NCBI GenBank assembly: GCA_963847705.1
Contig: CAWKBC010000032.1
Location: 224,001-288,000 of the forward strand
Source of the DNA: an uncultured Pseudomonadota bacterium
GTDB lineage: Bacteria; Myxococcota_A; Polyangia; Fen-1088
Length of the DNA: 64,000 nucleotides
Direction: 5' to 3'
In this document: piece after piece, positions 9,239 through 20,010 of the stretch
How positions within the stretch are numbered: position 1 is the stretch's first letter
Layout of the letters: the number at the start of each line of letters is the position of its first letter
Notes under the pieces: generated by a model
Told to the model about the DNA's origin: nothing
Databases searched by the model: none
The model's input: the letters and a program-made list of their open reading frames with translations, nothing else
Program-made: the position numbers and the translations under genes

Positions 9239-11422
9239 TCAGGGCCGGTCGATGACGATCGGTGGCGGGGGCGGCGGCGGGGGGGGCGGCGGCGGCGGCG
9301 GAACGGCCGCGGCCGGCGGCGTCGGCGCCGAGCCGGGCGGCGGGATCGGCGGCAGCATCTGCGTCCCGGTCTGGACCGTCACGCAGGACGACAGATCGAA
9401 GAACATGAACTCCAGCGCCAGCTCCGGCGGCGTCATCGTGGTGGTCGCCTGACAGCCCATCGGGAAGGCGATCTCCGGGTGCGAGGTGTCCCCCGCCGCG
9501 ACGTGCACGTCGGTGAAGGTGACGCTGCCGCACTGGTTGGCGGCCGGCGCCTCGACCGGCGTGTTGAACGACATGTACTGCGTGGTCGCCTTGGTCGGAC
9601 TGGCGGTGTGGAGCCACTGCTGCGCGGGCGGATTCACGCTGTCGATGGAGTTCTCCACCGCCGCCGCCGAGATCTGGCCGCGCGTGGTCGAGGCCTTCGT
9701 GGTCACCAGCCAGTCGGCCATCGCCATCCCCTTGGGGAAGGTGGTGTCGACGTACTCGGTGACCGGCGGGTCGCCCTTGGAGGGATCGGCCAGATCGGGC
9801 AGGACGCTCTGGGCCCAGGCGCCGGTGGCCGGCCAGGGGGGCAGGCCCTTGTTGATCCAGTACGAGTGGAGGTGCTCGGCGAAGACCTTACCGCCGCTGT
9901 CGGCGTAGCGCTTCATGTTGAGCAGGTACGGATCCTTGGAGTCCGCGAGCTGCGAGCTCTCGCAGGTCAGCACGATGATGTCGTACTTCGACATCTGCGC
10001 GAAGCTGGGGAAGAGCTTGCTGTACGAGTTCGCCAGCGTCGCGCCCGAGGCCAGCGTGGTCGACCCTTCGTTGGCCGACATCCCGTCGCCGCCGGCGTAC
10101 ATGTGCACGCGGCCGGTGCCGGTGTCGGCGGTGAACTCCGCGTCGTCGATGCCGACCCGGCGCAAGAAGCAATCCAGCGCGTCGGCATGACCGGTGGAGA
10201 TGGCGATCTGGGGCAGGTCGCCTTCGCTCTGCTTTCGCGGCAGCCGGAAGGTGGTGGGGTCGCTGAACGGGTTGTCCTGGCAGGCGGTCACCTTGGCGAG
10301 CGTGACCTGCCGCCGCCACTTGCCGATCTGGATGACCAGCGGAACGTTGGTGCCGTGCGGGGCGTTGTGAATGACGAAGTGCCCGGTGGCGTCGCTGAGC
10401 CCCGCCGCCACCGGCGTGCCGGAGATCGGCGAGTTGCAGGTGTTGCAGGAGACACCCTGCGGGATCGGATCGACCGCCGTGTTGGGGACGTAGAGGAGCA
10501 CGTTGTAGAGCGGATTGAGCCCGGCGGGGTCATAGACGGTGCCGCTGATCGAGGTCTCGGCGGTGCCGCTGCAATGATCGAGGTTGCACTGCAGGTTGGT
10601 GCAGGTGGTCGCGGTCGAAGGGCAGACGTGGGCCAGCGTGCCGGTGGTGGCGCAGGCCATCCCGTTGGCGCAGGCGCCGCAGTCCTCGGTCCCGCCGCAG
10701 CCGTTCCCGATCACGCCGCAGTACTGCCCGCCCGAGGGGGTGCAGCTGACCGGCGCGCAGCTGGCGTTGACGGCGCCGCAGACGCCGGTGATGCCGCCGC
10801 CACCGCAGGTGTTGGCCCCCGTGCAGGCGCCGCAGTCGAGCGAGCCGCCGCAACCGTCCCCGATGGCGCCGCAATATTGCGCGCCGCCGCCCGCGTTGCA
10901 GGTGGCCGGCACGCAGCCGGAGACGACACAGACGCCGCCGTTGCAGGTCTGCCCGCCCGGGCAGGCGCCACAGTCGACCGAGCTGCCGCAGCCGTCGCCG
11001 ATCGTGCCGCAGTACTTCGCGCTGCCCGAGCTGCAGGTCAGCTTCACGCAGCTCGCGCCGCCCAGGCAGATCCCCTGGCTGCCGCAGGTCTCGTCGCCAG
11101 GGCAGGCGCCGCAGTTGATCGACCCGCCCGGGCAGCCGTTGCCGATCGTGCCGCAGTACTCGCCGCCGGCCGGCGTGCAGGTGACGGTCGAGGTGCAGGC
11201 GGCGTCGCCGCTCGAGCCGCCGCTGCCGGTCATGACCGCTGACCCGCCGGTGCCCGTCACGCCGGAGCCGCCGCCGCCGGTCGGGTGGTTTCCCCCATCG
11301 ACACCGCCTCCCACATTGGCCCCCTGCCCTCCGCTGCCGCCGGTCGAAACGCCCGACTTGACCCCGGCGCACCCGAGCGAGAACAGCAACGCGACGCCCG
11401 CAACGAAATGAGGTCGGTTCAT
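9239..11422 (-). CDS. Lipoprotein with Gly-rich linker, Cys-rich repeats and a carboxypeptidase-regulatory-like domain (myxobacterial family)
   Basis: SLGC lipobox; repeated YCGxIGxGCGGxxxCGAC; ISGTVYDPAG...LVIQIGKWRRQV; poly-Pro tail. Confidence 0.8.
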   Translation of the reverse strand: MNRPHFVAGVALLFSLGCAGVKSGVSTGGSGGQGANVGGGVDGGNHPTGGGGSGVTGTGGSAVMTGSGGSSGDAACTSTVTCTPAGGEYCGTIGNGCPGGSINCGACPGDETCGSQGICLGGASCVKLTCSSGSAKYCGTIGDGCGSSVDCGACPGGQTCNGGVCVVSGCVPATCNAGGGAQYCGAIGDGCGGSLDCGACTGANTCGGGGITGVCGAVNASCAPVSCTPSGGQYCGVIGNGCGGTEDCGACANGMACATTGTLAHVCPSTATTCTNLQCNLDHCSGTAETSISGTVYDPAGLNPLYNVLLYVPNTAVDPIPQGVSCNTCNSPISGTPVAAGLSDATGHFVIHNAPHGTNVPLVIQIGKWRRQVTLAKVTACQDNPFSDPTTFRLPRKQSEGDLPQIAISTGHADALDCFLRRVGIDDAEFTADTGTGRVHMYAGGDGMSANEGSTTLASGATLANSYSKLFPSFAQMSKYDIIVLTCESSQLADSKDPYLLNMKRYADSGGKVFAEHLHSYWINKGLPPWPATGAWAQSVLPDLADPSKGDPPVTEYVDTTFPKGMAMADWLVTTKASTTRGQISAAAVENSIDSVNPPAQQWLHTASPTKATTQYMSFNTPVEAPAANQCGSVTFTDVHVAAGDTSHPEIAFPMGCQATTTMTPPELALEFMFFDLSSCVTVQTGTQMLPPIPPPGSAPTPPAAAVPPPPPPPPPPPPPPIVIDRP

Positions 11423-11424
11423 GG

Positions 11425-12513
11425 TCAATTGCTCCCAGCAGTCCAATCAATGGCCGCGCTGAACAACTTGAAGCCGTCGATGGTGAGGTTCTGAACGGCA
11501 TTGGTCTTCCAGCCGAGCCCCACCCGACGCGCCGGGGCCGTCCCGGTCGCCATCGCGGAGCCTTTTTCGTAGGCGAAGTCGATGAGCTCGGTCGGCGCGC
11601 CCATGACCGAGGCGACGTTGATGGGCGCGCCCCCCGGCGTCCCCCAGTAGAGCGACGTGCTCTGCGTCGAGAGGATCAGCGCGAAGCTGACCCCGGCCGT
11701 CAGGTCGGAGGCCAGCGGCGTCGACACGTTCCCCACGCTGACGTTGGTCGTGCTGGCCACGGTCCCCTTGGCCGACGACGAGGCCGTCCACCCGAGCGTC
11801 TGAAACGCCGAGTTCCCGAACACGATCATCGGCACGGCGACGCTGCCAAAGATCGGCACGAAGTCCCCGGCGCCCGAGGAATCGGAGACCACGACGACGT
11901 TCTGGCCCGCCGCCAGCGACGCCGGCCCGGTGGAGGCACCGACGGTGACGACCATGCCGCGCTCCTGCAGCACCTCCTCGACGATGGTCTCGCCGTCGCT
12001 CATGCTGCTCGGCGAGTCGACGACCAGCAGCGCCTTGCGTCCGGTGAGGTCGATGGGGCCGGTGGTGGTGCCGCCGGTGCCGGTGCCGGAGGTGCCGGCG
12101 CCGCCGGAGCCGGAGGTGGTCGTCCCGCCCGTTCCAGGAGTGCCGCCGGTCGCGTGTGCGCCACCGGCGCCGGGGGTTCCGCCGGTGGCCGTGCCACCGG
12201 TGCCGGTCGTCCCGCCGTGACCGGTCGAGCCGCCTGTCGCAGTCGCCCCACCAGTGCCGGTTGCGCCGCCGGGGGCGGGCGTACCACCCGTGCCCGTCGC
12301 AGGAGAACCGCCCGTCCCCGTCGCGCCCCCGGCAGCAGTCACGCCGCCTGTGCTCGTCACGCCGCCGGAGCCAGTCAGACGACCGCCCGTGCCACCAGAT
12401 ATGCCCGATTCCCCGCCGGTTCCCGGCCCGCCACCGACGTTGGGCGCACAGCCCAGGATCCACGAGGCGAGAACGAACACGCAGCCGCCGATCGGACGGC
12501 AAGGGGCCCTCAT
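11425..12513 (-). CDS. Lipoprotein with long Gly/Thr linker and a C-terminal alpha/beta domain; probably co-transcribed with 9239-11422
   Basis: ILGC lipobox, GGT repeats, 2-nt gap to the next gene. Confidence 0.75.
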   Translation of the reverse strand: MRAPCRPIGGCVFVLASWILGCAPNVGGGPGTGGESGISGGTGGRLTGSGGVTSTGGVTAAGGATGTGGSPATGTGGTPAPGGATGTGGATATGGSTGHGGTTGTGGTATGGTPGAGGAHATGGTPGTGGTTTSGSGGAGTSGTGTGGTTTGPIDLTGRKALLVVDSPSSMSDGETIVEEVLQERGMVVTVGASTGPASLAAGQNVVVVSDSSGAGDFVPIFGSVAVPMIVFGNSAFQTLGWTASSSAKGTVASTTNVSVGNVSTPLASDLTAGVSFALILSTQSTSLYWGTPGGAPINVASVMGAPTELIDFAYEKGSAMATGTAPARRVGLGWKTNAVQNLTIDGFKLFSAAIDWTAGSN

Positions 12514-12659
12514 ACCCCGTGAGTGTCCGGAGGCTCACCGAACGGCGCAGCAACTAGGACCAGTCGACTCGGTCATGCATGGCCGTTCATATCGTGGTCG
12601 GCGGCCAAATGTTTCTCGCCTGCTGTCGATGAGCTGACTCCTTCACCAATGGAGAGCCG

Positions 12660-13010
12660 ATGCGTCGTGCCGTTCTGTTCGGGTTCCTGGAGATCGCCAT
12701 GGCGGTCAGTGGATGCGGAGGTTCATCCGGGGCCGCTGGGACTAGCGGGTCGGGCATGGGAGAGTCGGGCGCCTCCAATCCGACCGGCACCGCAGGAGTG
12801 AGCGGAAACAGGGGCGGGAGCGGCGGAGCGGGATCGAGCAGATCCGGGAGTACCGGCGGCAGCGCCGGCGCGAGCGCGAATCGAAGACGCGAATACCACG
12901 ATGTCAGGGCACACAGATCGCTTGGCGACCTAACTGCCTTCGGATCGGTCTCTCAGCCCAACCGGAGCAGATCGAGGGCCTGTCAGGACTATCGAGACCG
13001 TTCAGGATGA
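12660..13010 (+). pseudogene. Probable truncated lipoprotein (signal plus Gly-rich linker only)
   Basis: GGAGAG RBS, VSGC lipobox and GS-rich linker, then non-coding-like sequence with atypical codon use. Confidence 0.4.
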
Positions 13011-13258
13011 TTTCTTCTGCGCTCTCGCTTCCCAATACTCCAAGGATGGAAGAACGCGATCATCCGGCGGATCCTTTCCGATCGCTCTCCAGTCCTCCCT
13101 CTCCTGTTCTCTGAGGAATCTGACGAACACGACAATCGCCGTGATCTGTTCCTGGTCGAATCCGCCGACTCGGCTCTGAAACCACTCCCAGCGTTCGCAG
13201 CTCGCTTCTTTGGCGCGTGAGATTGAAGATCACGGAATCCCACGCCACATCAATTAGC
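13002..13258 (-). pseudogene. Lower-GC frameshifted gene remnant (possibly DUF6714-like)
   Basis: Two frames join as ...DVAWDSVIFNL / ...RWEWFQSRVGGFDQEQITAIVVFVRFL...LEYWEARAQKKSS*; 5' end missing. Confidence 0.3.
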
Positions 13259-13448
13259 CTTCAAACTCGCGGTCGTGCTGGAGGCGGACGCGGCTCCGGG
13301 CGGTGCGTCAATTTCTTCCCAGGACGCACCAATCGGGCCCGCCCCGCCCCTAAAGCGAAGAGGGCCTTTCTCGAGAACCGGCGGACGGGTCTGCCGACAC
13401 CTCTCAGTCAGCCCCAGTCCCCCTGCCCCACGGCACCGAAGAGGTAAA

Positions 13449-15437
13449 ATGACGATGAGCCGCCGAACGACGATCGGAAGCGCGCTGCTGGTTCTGCTGT
13501 TTCCGCTGGCGGCTTCGGCGGCGACCACCTGGTATGTCGCGCCGACCGGCAGCGACACGGCGGCCGGCACGATGGCGGCGCCGTTCGCCACCTGGGCGCG
13601 GGCCCAGACGGCGGCGGCCGCCGGCGACACGGTCTACTTTCGCGGCGGGACCTACAAGTACACCAGCGCGACCAACACCTGCGGCGGGAGCACCACTGCC
13701 ACGGTGGACGCCGTCGTGCTCAGCAAGAGCGGCACCTCGGGCAACATGATCAACTACTGGGCCTACCCCGGCGAGACCCCGGTGTTCGACTTCTCCGGCA
13801 TCACCGACATGAGCAACTACAACTGCCGGCACTCCAGCGTGCGCGTCGAGGGGAGCTACCTCTACCTGAAGGGGCTGGAGATCACGGGGACGCTCCAGCT
13901 CAACATGGACAACCACGAGTCGTGGGGCGTGTACATCACGGGCGGCAGCAACAACAAGTTCGAGCTCATCAACTCCCACCACAACATGGGCCCCGGCTTC
14001 TTCCTGCTGACGGGGGGTAACAACACCTTCCTGAACTGCGACTCGCACGAGAATGAAGACACGCTGACCTCCAACGGCGACGGGCAGAGCGCCGACGGCT
14101 TCGGCTGCCACCCCAACAAGGCCGGCAACACCGGCAACATCTTCCACGGCTGCCGCGCCTGGTGGAACAGCGACGACGGTTGGGACTTCATCAATTCAGA
14201 GGAAGCCTGCACGGTCGAGTATTCCTGGGCCTGGTATCAAGGGTACAAGCCCGACGCCATCGGGCCAGTCGCCCTTAGCGCTGGCAACGGCAACGGGTTC
14301 AAGGGTGGCGGCTACGGCGACCCGGCGACGAACGTCCCGGCAACGCCCCCCCAGCACGTGATCCGGTTCGACGTCTCGTTCTACAACAAGGCGAACGGCG
14401 TCTACGCCAACCACGGTCCCGTCAACGCCATCTTCTACAACAACACGTCGTACAACAACGGCGTCGACTTCGATATGCTGGGCCTGATCGGGACGGTCGA
14501 TTCTTCGGTCGGCCTCTTGCGGAACAACCTGGCCTTCGGCAAGACGCTGACCAGCGACTTCGGCAACAGCGGTCCGATCGACGACAAGTTCAACTCCTGG
14601 GACTCGAGCACCGGAGTGACCGTCTCGGCCGCCGACTTCGTGAACACCACTCTCTCGCCGCCCACCTCCTGCCCGGCGGCCTACTCCGCGGGCGGGAAGG
14701 TCTGCGTGCTGCCGACCGATACCACCAGCTTCGCCGGGATGGCCAGCGCGCGGCAGGCCGACGGCAGCCTGCCGGTGTTGACGTTCCTGCACCTGGCAGC
14801 GGGGAGCGATCTCATCGACAAGGGGACTGACGTCGGGTTGCCGTACGTCGGCAAAGCACCCGATCTGGGGGCGTTTGAATATGGCGCCGCCACGGGCGGA
14901 AGCCCCGGGACCGGCGGCAGCACCGGCACGGGAGGCGGCACCACCGGGACAGGTGGGACGCCGGCCACGGGCGGCACCACCGGCAGCGGGGGCACCGGGA
15001 CCAGCGGAGCGGCCGGCAAGGGCGGCGCGGGCGGCGCGAAGGGCGGGACCAGCGGGACCGGCACCGCCGGTGCCAATGGGGCTGGCGGAACGACCGAGAC
15101 CGGCACCGGCGGCACCACCACCACGGGAACCGGCGGGAGCGGCACGACCGGCACCGGCGGAGCCTCGGGCGGGAGCAGCGGCACCGGCGGCAGCATCGCG
15201 ACCGGGTCGGGCGGAGGCAACGGAACCGGCGGGACCTCGGCCGGCACGGGCGGGACCGGCACTGCAACCGGCACGGGCGGCTCGTCCAACACGGGCACCG
15301 GCGGGACTGGCGAGACCGACACCGCCAGCGGATGCTCTTGCGACACCGGCCCGGCCGGCGGCGGCAACTTCGCTGGATTGATGATGCTGTCGCTGCTCGG
15401 GCTGACTGCTTTGCGGTCGCGCAAGCGCGCCCGCTGA
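13449..15437 (+). CDS. Right-handed beta-helix polysaccharide lyase (PL9/Pel9A-like) with Gly/Thr linker and MYXO-CTERM
   Basis: WYVAPTGSD, GDTVYFRGGTY, ADGFG, WWNSDDGWDF, GNGNGFKGGG, APDLGAFEY; tail SGCSCDTG + TM + RSRKRAR; GAGG RBS. Confidence 0.88.
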   Translation: MTMSRRTTIGSALLVLLFPLAASAATTWYVAPTGSDTAAGTMAAPFATWARAQTAAAAGDTVYFRGGTYKYTSATNTCGGSTTATVDAVVLSKSGTSGNMINYWAYPGETPVFDFSGITDMSNYNCRHSSVRVEGSYLYLKGLEITGTLQLNMDNHESWGVYITGGSNNKFELINSHHNMGPGFFLLTGGNNTFLNCDSHENEDTLTSNGDGQSADGFGCHPNKAGNTGNIFHGCRAWWNSDDGWDFINSEEACTVEYSWAWYQGYKPDAIGPVALSAGNGNGFKGGGYGDPATNVPATPPQHVIRFDVSFYNKANGVYANHGPVNAIFYNNTSYNNGVDFDMLGLIGTVDSSVGLLRNNLAFGKTLTSDFGNSGPIDDKFNSWDSSTGVTVSAADFVNTTLSPPTSCPAAYSAGGKVCVLPTDTTSFAGMASARQADGSLPVLTFLHLAAGSDLIDKGTDVGLPYVGKAPDLGAFEYGAATGGSPGTGGSTGTGGGTTGTGGTPATGGTTGSGGTGTSGAAGKGGAGGAKGGTSGTGTAGANGAGGTTETGTGGTTTTGTGGSGTTGTGGASGGSSGTGGSIATGSGGGNGTGGTSAGTGGTGTATGTGGSSNTGTGGTGETDTASGCSCDTGPAGGGNFAGLMMLSLLGLTALRSRKRAR

Positions 15438-15504
15438 GGCATCCTCGAATGGGTTGAGACGACGCCGGGCGCGGAGGCGCGCTGGGCGTTCGTCGACGAT
15501 CCGG

Positions 15505-16584
15505 ATGAGAACAGCGCACAAGATTGTCGCGGCGGCTGGCTGCGTGGCGCTCGCTGCCGCTGGGCTCGGTCTCATCAGACACCAACGGAGCGCGACCACG
15601 GCGGTCGCGGTTCGACCGGCGACGCCGGCGCTTCCCGCCATCGCGCTGGACAGGGCCGACGCCGAGAGGCTCACCAAGATCGAGCTGACCCGACCCGCCG
15701 ACCACGACGATGACCCCGCCGCCGACCACACCGGCGACGGTGCCGGCGCACGCAGCCTCAGGCTCACGATGGAGAGACGCGGGTCCGGCTGGGAGATGAC
15801 CACGCCGATCGTGGGCGAGGCCAGCTCCGCGAAGGTCGCCGAGGCGATCCAGAACCTGGAGACGCTCCACCTCTGGAAGCAGCTCGACCCCGGCACCAGC
15901 TACTACGATCAGTACGACCTCACCGACGAAAAGGCGCTGCACATCGTGGCCTGGCGAGGGGCGGAAAAGGTCGTCGATCTGTTCTGCGGCAAGGGAAGCA
16001 CCGACGGGCAGCTGGTCCGTCTTCCCGATCGGGATGGGATGTTCGCCCTCGTCAACTGGGGGCCGCAGGGCTACGCCGGTTTTCTGTTCACGCGCACGCT
16101 GCACGACTGGCGCGAGACGTCGATCTTCAACTTCGCCCCCGAGCACGTCGTCGGAATCGAGATCAGCAACCCGGCGGGCGACCTCACCTTCGCGAAGGTT
16201 GACGGGCGGTGGCTGGCCACGCGCCAGAGACCGAAGCCGGCTGGCCACCTCGGTCGAGCGAAGCCATGGTTCGGCTTCGACGCGACGAAGATAGAAAATC
16301 TCCTGCGCGACTACCGGGCGCTCGCCGCCGAGGACTTCGGCGACGGGGTGAGCCGCGCCGAGGCCGGCATCGACGACGCCAAGCGAGCCGGCGGCGTCAT
16401 CCGCATCACCCTCGAGGGCGGCGCCGCGCTGACCCTGCGGGTCGGAAAGCTGGCAAACAGCGGGACGCGCTGGGCAATGAAGGACAGCCGCTGGGCGAGC
16501 AAGGATGGCGGCGACGGAACGCTCTACGCGCTCGCGCCGTGGCCGGCCGCCTGGGCCACCGCCGACGCCCACAAGTTCGAATGA
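15505..16584 (+). CDS. DUF4340-like exported protein
   Basis: N-terminal TM; duplicated DUF4340-like pattern (KIELT...WEMTTP...A...; GIEI...LTFAKVDGRW). Confidence 0.65.
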   Translation: MRTAHKIVAAAGCVALAAAGLGLIRHQRSATTAVAVRPATPALPAIALDRADAERLTKIELTRPADHDDDPAADHTGDGAGARSLRLTMERRGSGWEMTTPIVGEASSAKVAEAIQNLETLHLWKQLDPGTSYYDQYDLTDEKALHIVAWRGAEKVVDLFCGKGSTDGQLVRLPDRDGMFALVNWGPQGYAGFLFTRTLHDWRETSIFNFAPEHVVGIEISNPAGDLTFAKVDGRWLATRQRPKPAGHLGRAKPWFGFDATKIENLLRDYRALAAEDFGDGVSRAEAGIDDAKRAGGVIRITLEGGAALTLRVGKLANSGTRWAMKDSRWASKDGGDGTLYALAPWPAAWATADAHKFE

Positions 16585-16591
16585 ACATTTC

Positions 16592-17905
16592 TCAGGCGAG
16601 CGCGCCGGTGACGACGGCACCGGTCGCGACGTCGCTGGAGATGGTCGCGGACGACACCCCCACGGCGGCCAGCATCGTCTGCCCGAACGCCGCCAGGCTG
16701 TTCACCGCCGAGATGTCGCCGCTGGCCGACGCCGCGCCGGACTTGGAGTCGATCGCCAGCGCGCCGTAGTCGCCCGCCACCGGCGCCACGCCGCCGATGA
16801 TCCCGCCCTTGAACGGCTTGCCGATGGTGATCGACACCTGGTGGTTGGGATTGTGTTGCCGGCCGTCGGTGTTGCCGGGGCCAATGGTGCGACCGAAGAC
16901 GTTGAGCGACATGAGCGTCACCTGGTCGGACAGGCCGGCCCCCGCCAGCTGCTGCATGAGCGACGCGATGGTCGCCACGCCCGAGACCGTCTGGGCCGTC
17001 TCGGCGGCCAGCCCCACGTCGCGGTGGTTGTCGCCGCCGAAGGGGATATGGATGGAGATGACGGGGGCGACCTTCATCTGGATGAGGGTGATCGCCGCCA
17101 GGATCTGCGAGTTGGCCGTGTTGTCGGTGATGGAGCCGAGCGCATCGAGCAGGCTCTGGTTGATGTTGCGGACCTGCTGTTGCGAGGTAACCAGCGAATC
17201 GACGTAGGCCTGCTGCGCGGGGCTGGCGCCGTTCTTGTAGAGGTCGTAGAGCTGGTTCATCGTCTGGTCGCGCAACGCCTGCAGGTTGGTGAGCGCGCCC
17301 GGAGCGCTGGTCAAGGTCGCCTTCAGCGCCAGCGCGGGAATGATGGGGAGCGGCGCTCCGTCGAAGGAGATCCCCTCGGACGGCGTCGTCGCGCCCATGC
17401 AGATCGGCTGCGACTGGATGGTGCCCAGGCAGGGGGCGAGCTGCCGCGCCAGCAGCGAGGGGAGCATCTCGCCCGCGGCCGTCACGCCCATCAGCTTGAG
17501 GACGTTCGGCTCCTGCGGGTGCACCGGCGTGTTGGTCATGAGGTGCCAGAAGCAGGTCCGGTCGAGCACGTTCTGGGGGAGCGTCGCCCAGGGAGCGGCG
17601 GCGGTGGTGCTCTGACCGTTGAGCGTCAAGGCGGTCGCCGCCATCGACGGATCGGCGCTGTGGACGATGTTGGGATCGTCGTAGGTCCCTGGGACGCTGG
17701 CGTTGATCGGATCGCCGTTGCCCGAGGTGTTGAAGATGATGTACTGGGCCTTGGCGTTCGCTCCGCACATCGAGGCGTCCCCGCTGGCGAACGCGCGCCG
17801 CGGGTTGAGCAGGAACGAAGGCGGCAGGCCGGTCGCCAGCGCCCGCAGCCCGACCAACCCCGCTCCGAAGAGCGTCGTCTTGACTCCTTGGCGGCGGGTG
17901 ATCAT
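16592..17905 (-). CDS. Tat-exported DUF1501-like protein
   Basis: ITRRQGVK Tat motif; IPFGGDNH, SLNVFGRT, GRQHNPNH. Confidence 0.7.
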   Translation of the reverse strand: MITRRQGVKTTLFGAGLVGLRALATGLPPSFLLNPRRAFASGDASMCGANAKAQYIIFNTSGNGDPINASVPGTYDDPNIVHSADPSMAATALTLNGQSTTAAAPWATLPQNVLDRTCFWHLMTNTPVHPQEPNVLKLMGVTAAGEMLPSLLARQLAPCLGTIQSQPICMGATTPSEGISFDGAPLPIIPALALKATLTSAPGALTNLQALRDQTMNQLYDLYKNGASPAQQAYVDSLVTSQQQVRNINQSLLDALGSITDNTANSQILAAITLIQMKVAPVISIHIPFGGDNHRDVGLAAETAQTVSGVATIASLMQQLAGAGLSDQVTLMSLNVFGRTIGPGNTDGRQHNPNHQVSITIGKPFKGGIIGGVAPVAGDYGALAIDSKSGAASASGDISAVNSLAAFGQTMLAAVGVSSATISSDVATGAVVTGALA

Positions 17906-17919
17906 GGGTCTTCTGTCTC

Positions 17920-20010
17920 CTACATTCCGATCGAGACGGCGGACGGCGCCAGGCAGGCCGCGACGAAGGTCGACTGCAGCGCGGCGGTCGCGGTGGCGCC
18001 CTGCTGCATCGCCGCCGTGAAGTGGGCGTGCAGGAGGCTGCTGGCCGCAGCGGAGCGCGGATCGGCCGGAACCAGCGCCATCACCGTCGAGACGAAATCG
18101 GCGATGGCGCCGTCGGGATCGCCGCTCGACCAGTACGTCCCGGCGTCGGTCTGCTTGGCGGCCGCCACGTCGATGACCTGAGCGGCCACCGCCGCGCAGA
18201 TGTTCTCGGTCGCCGCGCGATAGAACAGCGACGGCTGATTGGGCAGGACGGGAATCGTCGACCCGCGGCCGTAGCCGTCCGACGGCAGGCCGCTGACGAT
18301 CTGCGGGACCGTGGCTGTCATCTGCTTCTTGGTGGTCGCCTGGAGGCCGCAGACGTCGTTCAGCCCCAGCCGGTTGTCGAGCGCCGCGCAGAGGTGGTCG
18401 CGGCGCGACACGGCGACGGTCTCTCCGTGCGCGGTCGTCGTCTCGGTGGGCGTCGCGTTGGTGGTGAGCGGCGAGGCGAACAGCTCGGCGACCAGCGTGT
18501 TCCACGAATAGTTGGAGCTCTTGAACAGCGACACCAGGCGCTGGAACTCGGGATCGGCGGCGTCGCAAGGGCCGGAGTTCGCGTAGTAGCAGAGCTTCTC
18601 CACCCAGGCGGCGGCGAAGAAGGGGTGCGCGGCCAGCGTGCTGCCGAGGTCGGCCATGCTGGCGACCGGCTGGACCACCCCCTGGAAGATGAACTCGCCC
18701 GGCTGGCCCGACCAGGTGGTGTCGAGCTGGTCATGGTAGTTCCAGGAGTAGCTGGCGGCGAAGATCGAGCGGGTCGGATCGAGCGTGACGTGGCAGTGGG
18801 CGCAGGCCCCGTTGGACGCATGGACCGTGTCGAGCCCGGGCGGCGGGTTGGTCGGCGGCGCCGTCGGATCGGTCCCGTCGACCGAGGCCCCCAGCGCCAC
18901 GATCAACGTCTGGTTCATCGTCACCCGCATCTGGTTGCTGGTGTTGGTCTGCCAGTTGGCGAAGAAGGCCGGCGTGCTGAAGAACCCGACGCGCGGGATC
19001 GAGAGGACCAACGTGGTCGCGCTCCGCAGCGCCGGCAGATCGTAGAAGGTGCTGACCGCCTCGCCGCTCTTGGGCGGGCGGATGGTCACCAGCGTCCAGT
19101 CGGTGAAGTCGCTGGCCGCGAGCTGCGCCGCCGTCGCGCTGCCGTTGGCGTTGGGACAGTTGGTGCCGTCGGCGAGGTTGCGACCGTCGAGGGTACCGTA
19201 GAGCAGCCAGTGCAAGGTGAAGGCGCTCGGTGGATAAACGATCGGATCCATCGCGCAGCCGGCGATCGCCGAATCCTCCGTGGCGGCGTCCGGATTGTAC
19301 CAGTGCATGTAGTTGGCGCTGGTCGGGTCGAGCGTCTCGGCGATGGGGATCGGGCCCCCGGCGGTCTCGACGGTGATCTGCAGCTTGGGGTTGGCCTTCT
19401 TGAAGCGGTCGGTGACCGTGCTGTTGTCGTCCACCTCCCAGACGTCGAGGAAGGAATACAGCTCCTTGAGCGCGGTGGTCATCATCAGCTGATTGGTCGT
19501 CGTCGCCGCGGTGAGCGGCTGGCCGGCGGCGATCAGCGCCAGCATCGTGCGGGCGAAGCTCTCCTGGAGGTTTTGCAGGAGCAGCGGCGTCGTCGCGGCG
19601 TTTTCGTCGAGCTGCTTCGGATAGACCTGATCGGCATAATCGGCCGACGTCACCTGGGTCTGCTGAAACGCCAGCTCGAAGAAGCGCTGCATCTTCGAGG
19701 CGTACTGCGGCAGCTGCATCCAGCCCTGGACCAAGGATTTGAGCTGCGTCGGATCCGCGGTGACGGCGGCGACCTCGTCGCTGGTGGGCGGCAGCCCCAC
19801 CAGCAGGTTCTTGACCTTGGCGAGGTAGACCGTGGGAGGGTCAGGCTGAAAAGCGAGTGCCGCGACGTCCGGCGGTGCGCCGTCCAGGCGGCTCGCGTCC
19901 AGCGTCGTCTGCGGCGCTCCGCCGTCGGACCTGGGCCTGGCGCTTCCCCCGCTCGTGCAGGACGCCGCCGTCGCCAGCAACGTCAGCCAAGCTATTGCAA
20001 GACGCCGCAT
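17920..20010 (-). CDS. Lipoprotein partner of the DUF1501 gene with a single CxxCH (c-type heme) motif
   Basis: AASC lipobox; YLAKVKNLLVGLPPT; GACAHCHVTLDP. Confidence 0.75.
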   Translation of the reverse strand: MRRLAIAWLTLLATAASCTSGGSARPRSDGGAPQTTLDASRLDGAPPDVAALAFQPDPPTVYLAKVKNLLVGLPPTSDEVAAVTADPTQLKSLVQGWMQLPQYASKMQRFFELAFQQTQVTSADYADQVYPKQLDENAATTPLLLQNLQESFARTMLALIAAGQPLTAATTTNQLMMTTALKELYSFLDVWEVDDNSTVTDRFKKANPKLQITVETAGGPIPIAETLDPTSANYMHWYNPDAATEDSAIAGCAMDPIVYPPSAFTLHWLLYGTLDGRNLADGTNCPNANGSATAAQLAASDFTDWTLVTIRPPKSGEAVSTFYDLPALRSATTLVLSIPRVGFFSTPAFFANWQTNTSNQMRVTMNQTLIVALGASVDGTDPTAPPTNPPPGLDTVHASNGACAHCHVTLDPTRSIFAASYSWNYHDQLDTTWSGQPGEFIFQGVVQPVASMADLGSTLAAHPFFAAAWVEKLCYYANSGPCDAADPEFQRLVSLFKSSNYSWNTLVAELFASPLTTNATPTETTTAHGETVAVSRRDHLCAALDNRLGLNDVCGLQATTKKQMTATVPQIVSGLPSDGYGRGSTIPVLPNQPSLFYRAATENICAAVAAQVIDVAAAKQTDAGTYWSSGDPDGAIADFVSTVMALVPADPRSAAASSLLHAHFTAAMQQGATATAALQSTFVAACLAPSAVSIGM

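Noticed and set aside
9239-11422. Tryptophan synthase alpha chain label often given to such proteins
   Set aside because: No TIM-barrel TrpA motifs; it is a Cys-rich lipoprotein, and that label is a propagated mis-annotation
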